From positions 11,944,828 through 12,008,827 of the forward strand of contig OZ316894.1 in assembly GCA_973895155.1 (NCBI GenBank): DNA of 64,000 nt. Direction: 5' to 3'. The translations under genes were made by a program, and so were the position numbers. The notes beneath the pieces were generated by a model. That model was not told the DNA's origin, made no database searches, and was given only the letters and a program-made list of their open reading frames with translations. Of the stretch, positions 22,163 through 34,710 are shown in pieces (position 1 is the stretch's first letter; each line of letters begins with the position of its first letter). The stretch is from Marsupella aquatica. Lineage: Eukaryota > Plantae > Marchantiophyta.

Positions 22163-25100
22163 AATATTTTCCCAGGAATATTAGCATCCTTAGGTTATGT
22201 AGTTACAATAGGAGCAACATCACCTCCCTGCCTTCCTACATGTGGCATACCTCAGCCATGACCACACCCTCTACCTGGCCTCCTCTTCCTTGATCATGTG
22301 TGTGTTGTCCTTCTCTTCGTAACTTAGGATGTAGTGAGAAAAAACTATCCTTGGTGTGTCCAGGAGCTCCACAATGATCACATTGCCGCTGATCAAGTGC
22401 TAAGGCCCCTCTTGACCCTCTATCATCAAGGCAATGCCGTTGCGCATGATCCCCACCATAGGTCTAACATCCTGACTATTGTCCAGGATAGGAAGGCACA
22501 GGTCTCTGACTGGTAGATTTTTGTGCAGTGGGCTTCTTTCTTTGGCTCTTACGTGTAGTAGGCTGTGATGTGGGTGTGAATGCAGCCTTTGGTGCTTCCT
22601 TGGGAAATCCGAAAGTCACTACTTTCTCATTCACCATATTGAGCTCAATGTGCTTGGTCAGTAAAAAAATAACTAGCAATGTGAGATTTGCATTCCTATA
22701 TACACTAGTAGAAACCGGGGGGTATTTAGACCCCATTAAACGACTATTCAGTACCGTACATAGGACTTGGAAACAACTGGGAAGGACTCCAGTCCTTTAT
22801 AGGATTGTGAGTCATATGTTTTGTTACTATAATCAACTGAGTCCTTTATAGAACTAGTTCATAAGTCGTTTAATAGATTAGATTTTCAGTCTATTGTAGT
22901 CTTTGTTTGGGTAGCTTTGGTGAGTCATTTTCAGTCTTTTAAGGGGTGCGATGGTGAGTCGTTAGGAAGGACTAAAATAGTTATGGAGGGTAGTCTTTAA
23001 GTATACTTTGTGGGTTTATAAAATGACTAAAGGATCGGAGACACTTCATGGGGTATGTATAAGTCTTTCATGTCAACTCGAAATGAGTGATGAAGACCCC
23101 ACTATACTCTTTGGAATGAACTCACTCTTGTGCACAAATAACACATTCCATTCATGTTTTTTAGTGTACTTGGTATAGTAAAAGTGGTAGTACTTCTAGT
23201 AGCGCAACCAACTTGCTATGAGGATGTCCGGAAAAGCACAAAGGCTGAAAGGTGATAGATTCCATGCTCAATGTGACAGGTTTTTTCAGCTGATCAAGCC
23301 AAGGTGCAGAGGAAAACTGATTGAAGGTGACATGGGAAAGTTTTTGGTTCAAGTGCAAAAGAAACTCTTGCCTTACAGTGCTTGACGCTCCTTCAGCTGG
23401 ATAGGGGCAACTCCAGCTACACGGTTTGGTGCAATCACCGTCTGCTCTGTTAAAAAAGTATGGCTAAAAGTGGAAGGCCAATGTTGCACTTGTGAACTTG
23501 CTCCCGCGTCCAGCCCTCAGTCCCCACTTTGTGGTAGCAGCAAGCTTACCTCTGAGAAGAAAGCCATAGCAAAGGGTTTAGCAGAAATCCCCGAGAAAAT
23601 CCCCACTCTGAAATCCATTGCTCGTGGTCACAAATGATGGCAGCAGAGCATTCGAGCACCAACAGCTGAACTGACCTCAATCACACTTGCCTGGGGCAAC
23701 AAAACAATGTTCTGATTGCCCTTTCAGCTCAATGATCCCCCTTGCACAACTACTGGGTTAGATTTCCCACCACAAATGCAATGAAGTCTATGCCCAACAC
23801 ACTCCAACGGTACATGAGAGCAAGATTGGGAGCTATATATACTTTGTATGCAAAGAAAGATTCTACCAATGCAGCACAATGACACAGAAGACAGAAATCA
23901 AATTGAATGGGTCATAGTAAAGTTGCCCACCGTTCAATAGGGGGCCACCAGCATCACAAATCCTCACATTCCTCCCACGTAGACTCTTGCATAGACTGTC
24001 CAGGCCTCCGTTGGTGGATGGAGCAATGCAACACCAAATACCAAGCTCCAAGGCAGCTCCAAGGTTGAATGTCGCGATGCACAACTCCGTGGTCCTTGGT
24101 TGCAACTAGGAGAAGCACTGAATGCAAGTTGATGCTCTTCTCTACTGTTCAAGCACCCGACTCGTAGATCCACAGACACTGATCGTAGCTCCAGCTAAAG
24201 ACATCGTTTGAACAATAGCTGCAACACACTAAGGAGCTCCCACAACCTCCCTCTTCAAAGCTCAGTTGACCTGCACCTTACCACCTTCGACGTAGGGCTC
24301 CCAATCCATGAACCAACAAAACAGAATGGCACCAGGAACATAAGGGCGCCAAATAGGTTGTCTCACCTCACCCTTCGAGAGCCGATCATCGCAGCATCCC
24401 TAAACTCCCAATCCCTCTTCTCGGATTCCAAAAAGCTCACGCACATTCCAAGACTATAAAAAATGGCCATTTCACGTTGTTATCGATTGTCGCTCCCCAC
24501 AAAGTCCACAATCCATAAAACACCCATAGCGCGGCTGTAGAACAGATGCAACCCGCATGCAGCTTCACCAGCTCAACGGCAACTTGACAACTTAAGGGTG
24601 CAGCTAAAGGGTCTAGACCACAACTGTGACCAAGATTGTCACCCAGAACCTTGAAGAAACCCCAACCTCCGACTCCTCAAACTCCGACAAGCGCCTTGCA
24701 AAGGTTGCAGCAGCCACAACCTTCTTTGCCCTACCAGCCAAAACCTAAATGTCCCTAAAGGAGATCGAGCAGGAATGCATCTCTACTAGTAGACTGCAAG
24801 CGCAAGGTTAGATCACCGCAACTGCCTAAATACTGCTCCTCAAGAGCAAAAACAAGCACATTACGCGCGGGAAGTTTAGTCCGCAATGGTTGCAAAGTGG
24901 GCAACACTGAAAGGAAAACCCTACATAAAACCCGAACACTCCACCCCTCATGTTCTAAGTTCAATGACAATGGCAAACACTCCAAAGAGACTCCCAAAGT
25001 GAAGTTTAGTGCCTGAAACCAAATTAGGGAAAGCCACTCAGCCTTACCGTTTGAGTGAGCCGTTGAGTGTCACCCAAAGTGGGACAAAGCTACAAAGTGT

Positions 25101-26480
25101 TACTGCATGGCCAACTTACTTAGGTATATTACACATTTTTCTTGGCTTGGAAAACTTCAATAAAGCCAGATGTTGGATGAAGTAGAGCCGACTGTGAACT
25201 GAAAATCATGCCAGCCCATAATCTTGGCTATGCGTGCACATAATTCTTGGCTTGGCAAACTTGAATAGAACGGGATGTTGGTGAAGCCGAGCACCCTAAA
25301 TAGAAATTGTATGTTGCCCACGCATAGCAAGGTTGATGAATGAATTGAGCATAATAGGACTTACTATTTGGCAATCTGACCCATGCCCTTTTAGGGTGTC
25401 GGACAACTACGTCTCCATTGAGTCAAATCACTATGAACACAATGAAGAGGTGTGTTAATCCGGTGCGCAAGTTAACCCCATGACCATTATCAGTAGTCAA
25501 CAATTCAACCATTGACATCCTAGAGTGTTCATCCTTCACAAAGTAGCAAAGTTACCTAACATAGTCTTTTCATAAACCATTAAACACTGACAGTCTATCC
25601 TAGTAGTTGTGTGAACCGGTGCAATGCTTCCCAGTCAAGTCTGTCAAAAGGACTTAGTAGGCTTAGTCCTAAAAGGTTCAGTCTAAACTGGCCCGGTTTC
25701 TACTAGTGATAGAGTGACATGTCTCACTCTGCGTCGCAATTCTCTGTCAAGGATTGTATACCAAAACTGGACTGCTTGGGCCTCCGTCACTCTCTTGGTG
25801 ACAATGATCAATTTTTGCATATGGGTGTATGCCTTACGTAGACTCTCTCCAATCTTGCGTTGAAACTCCTTGAGACCCTTCAACTTATCGGGCCTCACAC
25901 CCTAATAGTTTTGCTTCAATACTTCAAAGAACTCCACCATAGGGTTAAATGTTGGCGCAACTCCAATCCCTGCCACAATTGCACCGGTAGGAATAGCGGG
26001 GGATGCTACTAGAATGCTACTAGTGGATGGTGTGCCACTCTGGCTAGTGCTGCTAGAAGAAGAAATAGTTGTGGTAATGGATTGGGCAACTGCACTTGTG
26101 CCATATGTGATGGACACATAATAAGGTGACCAATGTTGTCTCCATGCCTCAATCTCAATCAATGAGTCTTCCAAAACTCATGGTAGTCATCCATGGGTGG
26201 CCCCTCCACATACTAAAATAATCTTTTTCATGCCATGAAAGGTGTGAACAACGTGACGTTATGCAATGTCTGTATATCGCACCATGTATCAAACTCCTAG
26301 ATGAAATCATCCAAATCAATCATGCCAATTGCACGAGAGTATCTCCTTGGGCTTTTCGTAGCCCCATATATCTCTTTTATGTCCCACAACAAAGGTGCAA
26401 TCACCCAATGACAAGGAGAACTGGTCATAGAGTCCTCGTCAGAATCACTATCTGAAGTTGCGCTGCTGACTGCTACCAAT
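22163..26480 (-). pseudogene. Gag with two degenerate CCHC zinc knuckles (interrupted by CACTA 22703-25708)
   Basis: LDDFI*EFDTWCD, EFQRKIGESLRKAY..M, FWYTILDRELRRRVR. Knuckles C*TYGGDHAQRHC and CDHCGAPGHTKD lie at ~22350-22470. Confidence 0.7.
22703..25708. mobile_element. Non-autonomous CACTA element (3006 bp)
   Basis: Perfect 17-bp TIR CACTAGTAGAAACCGGG and 3-bp TSD ATA at 22700-22702 and 25709-25711. No transposase ORF is seen. Confidence 0.92.
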
Positions 26481-29019
26481 ATTGTTGGTCAAAACTGCAC
26501 CTCACTCTGAGTAAAACCGGTCTGTTGTCCATTGGGTAGCTCCGCAATACTAGAAGAATCTATGATGACCAATCACTCAAACTGTAGTTATCAATTTAAT
26601 TTATGTGCTAACCCTAACGGGGCAATCTGTCCCTGCCAGCACCACAAGCACTCACCATGGTGTGTTGGGCATCACTTCAACATCACCATGAAAAACATAT
26701 ACAACATAACTAGAGTGTTTAGTTACAAACCTGAATCACTCCTATGGAATCAAGCGCCCACACAACACTAATATGGCGCATAGGCAGGTAGCGTGTGCGA
26801 AGAGGGTCCAACAACAAAAGTGGTTAAACAACAACTCTCCACACCAAGAATGATCATAAATTGATCAAACAATGTTCATAACGTTCAATGTAGGGCCTTC
26901 ATACTAGGCCTCAAGGATCCAATGTCAATTGTCCAAGAATCCACCGCAAATGAGTTCAAACTAAGTATTTAGATGGATTCAAAAGTACATAAAAGCCTTA
27001 GGGATTCATTCCTTGGAGTCCACCAAATATGGAAGGAAGCATGTACAATGCACCACACAAGAACTAGCTAGTTAAGTGCATGAGGGAAGGAATAGCTTTG
27101 GGATGGTGACCTCTCACTTGTCATTATGCACCAAATCTGGCACTCAAAATTGCAACACTTGCAATTTCTCCTCACGTCCTAAGTGACCACAAGTTGCCTC
27201 AAAGCCTCAAAATGCCAAGATGAGCCAAAGAGTGAGCCCTTCATGCCTGCTATGTTGGGACTCAATTCAGATTTGGCAACATCCGCACTCTATTTCTTCG
27301 TAGAAAATGCAGTCAAAACAACAATGTCAAAACCTGTTGATCACTCTCGACCTCCACAAAACTGTTGCGCACGGTATTGGGACATTCACGAGCGTACTGT
27401 CACAATAAAAATGCAATTGCATGCGAGCACTCAAATTGATGTTGTTGTGAACTCAACAACATTCTGATAGATCTATCCACAAAACAACAGCACAATAGAA
27501 ACGACATGCTCTCCCCATCAAAATAGCAAGCTTTGGCCGCCACTTTCCTTCACAAAAAGCATTAGCTATTCCCACTCCAACTCAATCAACAACCTCTGAA
27601 CTATCAGACTGTCAATCGACCAGATCCAACAACATTCAAGCTCGGCCAGAACCAGATCAAATAGCAATGGTCTACTGAATCAATAGAACCAATGATTCGA
27701 GATACCATGAATCCACGTCAAACACAAATCCAATTGATTCAAGCAACACGAACCGTCAACAGCAAAATCAAAATCGAATTGAGCTTTTGTCCGCACAATA
27801 GAGTACAAAGCTCCTCACTTCTTTGATGTAATCTCAATCCAAACAAACCACGATTGACGCCAATCAAACATCCAATCCTGTCCAAAATGATCACATACAG
27901 ATATCGAGCTAAACGCACCTCACGCTTTGAGGAATCCACGTTACGTATACACGAAACCGGCCAGCCACACCATAGCCACCAAAGCTCATGCTCAAAGGCT
28001 CAACATCAAAGAAGTGAGGCCTTTGAGACACAACAAAGGGATAACTATCCCTCACAAATGTGAACTGAACCCTATCAGCTCATATAGCACACATGCTAAA
28101 ATATATAAACCTAGACAACATGATATACTCTAATGCTAAGAATGGTGTGACAGAGAATTTCTCCCACTAATTTCTTGTGCACTAAATAGTTGTCTCCAAC
28201 AATTGATCCTCGGGTCATTGAATAATTTCATTGCATGGTTGTAGTCATGTAAGTAGTCATTGTGAAAGCTTACTAGTGTTCTAGTTAAGAAAGTGTTGTC
28301 AGAGTGTAGTGGGGCATGGAAGCCCAAAATGGGTAGGGAGAGTCAGGGCGTCGTGGGGGCTGGGCAGACAAACCTCCATTGACTCCCTTGACTCTGACCT
28401 TTTTTCCCTTTTTCCCAATTTTTCCCTATCTTTTTTCCCTTTTCCCTTCCTTTTCCCTTGCTGTTTTCTCCTTTTCCCTGACCTGCCCTTCTCCTGTCTC
28501 CGCCCTCCTCTCCTGCAGGTTCATCATCGTGTATATCCTTCCCCTTTGTCGCAACTATTTTCCTCCCTCAACCTGAGATGCGTTCATGGCAGACTATTTT
28601 GTGAGCGATTCTGTGAGGTAGAGGAGGCAAGGAGAGGTAAGGACTAGAAGTGGGGTGGGGAATGTAGAATGTGAGTCACATTCAAAGACTCCCTCGATAC
28701 TCCCCCGATGTTTCCCAAAGGGAATGACCGGGAATGCCTAACCTCGCGGATCCGCCATTCCCCTAACTATACGTCCTTCCTCTTATCTCCTTTCCCTTGC
28801 AGTCCTGGACGAGAAGAAAAGAATCTTGAAAAGAATATTGATTCCTCTCTCACCTGATGTGCCGGCCCCCCATGTGGCTTGCTCAATAACCCGCCTAGTC
28901 ACCACACACAACTGCCTAGATATACCTCCTTTTGAAAAATCAATCAGGAATATTGATCAAATAAATCAGACAACCAAAAACTGATCGCACCTGTTTTGAC
29001 TTTGTAGCCGAACCTCTTG

Positions 29020-29745
29020 GCAGGATCACTAATAGTTGTTACTCCCACACTAATTTGAGAGCATAAAGTTTTGGGCTCTACTTATGAATTTACTTAAACA
29101 CACTTATTCTAGCTGCTATAACACTAACTCTGTGCACATGAAGTAATGTTACTTTGGACTCAAAATTGGGAAAATAGTAGGAAAAAACTATTTAGAAGAA
29201 TACACAAAATTAGTATTACCTTGTACTCAAGACCAAGTTCACCAGAATTAGTGTTACTGGTTGTAATGATGTAGTGTATACTGGTTGAAATGATGAGTCA
29301 CGAAGCGTGCTGTACTTGAAAGTTAAACCTTTGAGTTTAGAAATACTTAGAAGTGATACATATTGATAGAGTTACACCATTCACCATAATTAGTGTTAAG
29401 TAAGAAGTAGTGTTCATAGCACTTATTTTAGTGAAAGTAATCTTGAGTCCAAAGTACCACTAATTCGTGTTGGTTTTTCAAAAAATATATATTTTCACCT
29501 TTATTCAAAGTGCAGTAGAAATGGGTGATCTTCAGTCCAACATAACACTAGTTATGGGGGATTTTTTAAAACAGTTTTTTCTCCGCTTTCTTCCATTCTT
29601 GGGACCAAAGTAACACTAATCCACACATGTAGAATTAGTGTTACAACAGAATTTGTGTAACAACAATTCATGGGCAGAGCCAGGAATTGGCTTCTCTCAA
29701 ATTAGTGTGTGTAACACTAATTGCTGCAAATAGTGTAGTTGGCAG
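29020..29745. mobile_element. Foldback-like element with long degenerate inverted arms
   Basis: CACACTAATTTGAGAG (~29046) is mirrored by CTCTCAAATTAGTGTG (~29694). Many AATTAGTGTTA/TAACACTAA units occur in both orientations. Confidence 0.5.
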
Positions 29746-29749
29746 TAGA

Positions 29750-31346
29750 CTCTCATTATTAAATTAGTGAATTTCCCGACACCACTTGCAATCCTAACCA
29801 AATAAAATTACCCCTATTTTATGCAAATAATATTCTACAAATATTTCTATTTTTTATTCAAAAACCCATTTTACATGATAAGGATATAAATAATGAGGAG
29901 CTTATTTACGGACCCCCATGAGAGGTCTCTTGCAAATTCCCTGCCACGAGGTTGAGCCACATCATCACAACCCAGCCACAAACAGGAATGATCATACTTT
30001 TAACAATAACAAACGTGCACATTCCTGTTTGTGGCAAAAGCAACGTAATTTTTGGGGCGCCATACCGTAAATATTGAACATAAAAAAACCAAAATACAAA
30101 GGGAGATATGTCATTTAGTAAAATAAAGTTACCATTTTGATGTTTGTCAAAGATATATCAGTGTTTTATATCAAAATGCTTGTATTTTTTAATTGTTTGC
30201 AAGCTTGAAAAAACCAACCAATAAAAATGTACATAGTTAAAACCCCTTTGGCTTCACATTGTAAAACTAAATAATCAATCTCCTTAGTACTTGATAAAAT
30301 CTATCAATGTTTGATTCATTGGAAAGCTAGAGAAATTCATATACTCATGATCTCTGTAATTCTTGACGAATAATCTCAATGTCACACATTAGAAAGCTAG
30401 AGAGATTGAAAACCTCATGATCTCTTTAGTAACGTGACAAAATCTGACGTAAAATTTGTCAATGTCGGACTCAATCATGTTGGAAAGCTAAAAGAATTCA
30501 TGGACTCATGATCAATATTTCTTATACTCACTCATTGGAAAGGCAAAGAAATTCAAAAACTCATTTGGAACTTGACAAAATTTGTCAATCTGAGGCTCAT
30601 TGGAAACCCTTTCTCGATTAAGAGATATCACAATCTCATCACTGTCACAAACTTAGCCGTTGAAAATTGATTTCTTTGATTACGTCGCCATCCCTTGTCC
30701 ACAATGCTTGCTTCCCGGCTTGAATTGTTTGCATTCCTCTAGTCTTCAACTGAAGCTCACTCTGAACACAGGTTGACGCCAAATGTAGCTTCTATGTCAA
30801 AGAAACAATCATTGGTCTCCCTCTCACACCATAGCTTTCTTAAATAAAAAAACTACAAATCCTTCATGTGAAGCGATGACTTGTTTGTTTTGTGTGTTCT
30901 TCCCACCAAATCAACAAGCGCTCTTTTGCCAATAGCTAAGTGTTGTCCTCCAGTCTGTCTTGTGGCGGTAATGCTCAATGTAACTCACAAACTATCAATC
31001 ATGAATGATAGAAACATGATTTCTCTAATGTGTAAGCAAAAACCATCAAAAAACTCCATTCTTCCATATTCAACTTTCCGTTGATAAATCTCCTCCATCT
31101 TTTGAGCGTTACTTTTCTTTTGTACGAGCACACACCAAGACCATCGGGAGACTCAAAACTGTCGATTACCCGGGCCATTACCGCCTTGTTGAAAATTGAT
31201 TTCACTTCATCAAACACACATTCCTTGGATGAACATGGGGGTCCACGGATTAATTTACTTCTTAAGATTTGAGAAACTTCGACAAATTAAAATACCTATT
31301 TTGAATCGCATATGATTGTAATGGTTTTTGTAGTTGACCCTCCAAT
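29750..31346 (-). mobile_element. Older, longer relative of the 7237-7523 MITE with a decayed internal ORF and ~70-bp internal repeats
   Basis: 29783-29875 and 31290-31346 match the reverse complements of the two MITE ends. CATTGGAAAGCTAGAGAAATTCA-type repeats lie at 30317-30610. Confidence 0.55.
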
Positions 31347-31366
31347 GTAGGACAAAGAGTGCATTA

Positions 31367-31766
31367 GGGCATCTCAAAGCCTGGCTTTAACAAGATAACG
31401 GTCTCCCATAACACCAGTATTATGGGAACTCTCTTGAAAGTTATGGGAGCCAATCTTCAACTACCGTAAGGAAAGACCGCAACTTTAGGTGGAAATATGG
31501 AAATCCGGAACTCTGGAAAGTCGCAACTAAAGGCAAGTGGGCTTTGCGCCTGACGTGGTGATGGTTGCTGCATTTGAGGTGGCCGCTGATCAAGAACGGA
31601 GAAGTAAACATTTAGGCGATGAGACAGGTGACTCCTGCCTTACGAGGTGGGTCAATGCTACCTCCAAACATTTAAAAATTTCCATAATGGGTCCCATATA
31701 TAAATGGAGTTATGGGATATACCACAAATCTGTAACTTTCACTAATCACCCAGCTTTGAGATGCCC
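31367..31766. mobile_element. PIF/Harbinger-like MITE
   Basis: 14-bp TIR GGGCATCTCAAAGC / GCTTTGAGATGCCC. Flanks are TTA and TAC (imperfect TSD). Confidence 0.55.
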
Positions 31767-32497
31767 TACTATAGTCATAACTTGCTTAGACTTTTGTCGA
31801 TGGCCACTAAAAAAATTACAGTCAAAGGGTTATCTCCCTGTAAGTTTTGGGGGATTTTTGCTGATACCTAGCCAAAACATGTGTGCAGACTATTTCAACA
31901 AATCACAGCAGTCTCCGGGGCATTCTACCGGATATAAAAATTTTCCAGGCTACTGTTTAGAGTTTAATTTTTCCCCATTTTCCCAAACTGCCCCACACTT
32001 GTCTATCCCACCGGCCGGTTTTGAAACCTCACATCTTTGTGAAAGGCATCATTTCTTTAAAATTAATAATTTATTGCGCAAATTGTGTTTGGTTGACTTG
32101 AGGGATCCTCGCTGGGTATATTTCTTTTGGGTTTCATGGTTGGTTTTCCTTTGTCTTGAAAGCTATTTTAATTGGAATGTTTTTGCAGAATTTTTTCTTT
32201 TTACGTGTGAAACCCACAGATGAAGGAAAACAAACAGAGTGAACATAGGTTAATGCCAGCCGCATGGGGGACTGGCAGTGCCCCAGATATTTATTATTAG
32301 GCAGTTAAAACTAAGAATTGCACTGTTGGTTTGGCGTTTGGTTTATTCTCTATGTTTGGTTGGCTTTTTGGTTTTGATGCATGACTGGGGCTGCTCCCTT
32401 CTTTGAGGCTGATCTCTCCAAAGGCCATTTGTACCCCTCTCCTTCTCTTTGGGATCTTTGAGGAAAAACAAGAATTGTTTTCTTCAGAGGTTTTGAA

Positions 32498-33052
32498 GGA
32501 GGTATATGCTTGATGAGACCCTTGACAAAACAAATTTAAGTGAGTGGCCCCTAAGAAACTTTTGTTACAAACTAGATCCCCCCACAAAAATGTTGTTACA
32601 AACTAGGCCCCCTACATAGGTTCTGTACACATGGTTCTTATGTGGTGCCTAGCTTATGGTCAACTGTAGGCATCACATAGGTCAAAGTGAAGACAATATG
32701 GTTCATGAACGGTATGGTAAGCACCACACAAGAACCTAAAGACGGACAGTATGGGAGAAATTCAAATGTGAAGACATGAACCATATTGTCTTCACTTAGG
32801 AACTTGTAATTTGCACAACGGCCACCACTACTCCGTGGTTCCCCTCACGATGTAGTTTGTCTTTCAGTGTGGTTTGATTCTAAACTTTATGGTAGCTTTT
32901 ATTGGTGATAATATCAAGGTAAAATGCCTTATAGAAACTGTTACAAGAACATCTGACACAAAAGTGTCAGAGGGGCCTAGTTGTAACAAAATTTTTGTGA
33001 GGGCCCATCATATAAAATTGTTTTGCCAGGGGTCCCATCAAGCATAAACCTT
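32498..33052. mobile_element. Mutator-like MITE
   Basis: ~100-bp imperfect TIRs (GGTWTATGCTTGATG.GACCC...) and a 9-bp TSD GGTTTTGAA at 32489-32497 and 33053-33061. Confidence 0.8.
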
Positions 33053-34710
33053 GGTTTTGAACTCTAATGTCATTATCAATGTCTCTCAGTCATGACTATG
33101 TGCAAAGCAATCATTTCACTTACAAAAACTGAAGCATATGTTTGGTAATATGAGGAGGCTATTTGAGTCGTGGTAAGGAAGTTGTGAGGGATATTCATTT
33201 AACTAACACTTGTGTACATGTGTAAATTATGGTCATTTTCCAAATTCAAACAACCATTTGCTTGTTTAGCAAACTGCAAATCAGTTAGGACATCTACAAA
33301 TGGGGCTACAGATTGGGTTAACTAAACAAATTTGTGTATGAGCTGTACCATTCACATCTTCATTTCTAGAAACGTACTTCCATGATTATGGAAGCTTAAG
33401 CAATGGGCATTGAGTTGTTGCAACATTAATGTTATGTAAGGCCTCTCATCCACTTTATTTGCAAAATTGAAGATTTAATAAAAAATCTGATATGAAATAA
33501 AATGTCGCCAACCCAACCAAGCAATGATTGGGAACACAAATTAACATCAAAGAAACCTATGTTGTGTTAATTTCTATTCATTTTTTTTGGTCAAAAGGCA
33601 GATGACCATGCTAATTTACTCAAAACCTACTTTGTATATTGTGTGTGATCAAGAGCAGCAAATTTCCACCTCAGCTTTTAATTTTCAGTATCAATCAATG
33701 CCTCATATTGTACAGAACCTACAACAAAAACTTTTCAGAAACTGAAACCTTGCTTTCGTTGTTGGACACTTGTGAAAGGGCTAGCTTGGGCTATGAGTTT
33801 TAGTCGTGCACCAGCTCTTTTCAACCATGATGATTGCGCTTCCATTTTTCTTGTAACATTTTGCGGTGGTGGAGGAGGCAGGCTTGGAGCCTTGTTTGAC
33901 AGGCTGGAAAAGGGCCTTTGCAAAGGCAAGATTTCATTAATTTGTTGTACATTTTCCTTCCTCTTTCCGGGTGACCTTCTATTATTTTCAATGGTCGTCC
34001 TTAATCTGCTGCAAGAAATACCATTCAGTGCAATTGATAAATCAAAATCAAGTGATGGGTTGAACAGCATTCTTTATCTAATTTTTAAATACATTTCATT
34101 AGACTCATTCCTCACTCATCTTTGTGCATGACTTTTCATGCTTTCCACCTGGAATTAGAGAAATTAGCCAACTTCACCCATTCTTTTAAGACAATATTGC
34201 CAGCTTGATCCATCACTTCAACGTCTGCTGCACAAATGTTTGTTTCAACTTCAAAATCTATAAAACACTCATTAATAAGAAGATCAAGCTTTATGTAATT
34301 TTGATTTATTGGTTTTGCCATTCTGTGGAGGTTTTGCAGATACTCTTATTATGTACAATTGTTATATACAAGTTATCAAAATCTCCCACTTCAACTCTTA
34401 TTTTTAATTTGTGTTCTTCTTTGTGTTTGGCTATAGCTAATTGTAGTAATTTAAGTTACACTCTCCTACTGCTAGTTATAAACTTAATTAATAGGTCCAA
34501 TTACCATGGAAAAAGTTTTGTTGAAGAGTGCCAAGCCTTTTCAGCTTAGTGTCTGAAGTCAACAAGCTTGGCACCACATGGAACCTAACAGGCTAGGTTG
34601 GCTAGTTTCTCAATTTCAAGGACTCAAAGCAAGTGGATCCAGGGAAAAAAATTAGGCACCCCAAAAGGTGCATGAGAAGATAAATAGCTTGAATATGACT
34701 TGCAAAAATA

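Larger units (their letters stand above)
13250..28152 (-). mobile_element. Degenerate Ty3/Gypsy-like retrotransposon encoding gag, protease and a C5 DNA methyltransferase, split by a LINE and a CACTA
   Basis: The reading frame rejoins across both insertions (RHVTLY|RNANL at 25709/22702; PGKIF|QLEQK at 22163/15240). A possible LTR start TGTCACACC lies at 28152; that boundary is low confidence. Confidence 0.75.

Noticed and set aside
26760-27040. PBS and LTR 3' end of the DNMT element
   Set aside because: Candidate TGG sites (minus strand, near 26808 and 27024) lack a clean adjacent CA and a recognisable tRNA complement, so the boundary is left undetermined.
31537-32223. 228-aa ORF
   Set aside because: Non-ATG start, crosses a MITE boundary and has no recognisable motif.
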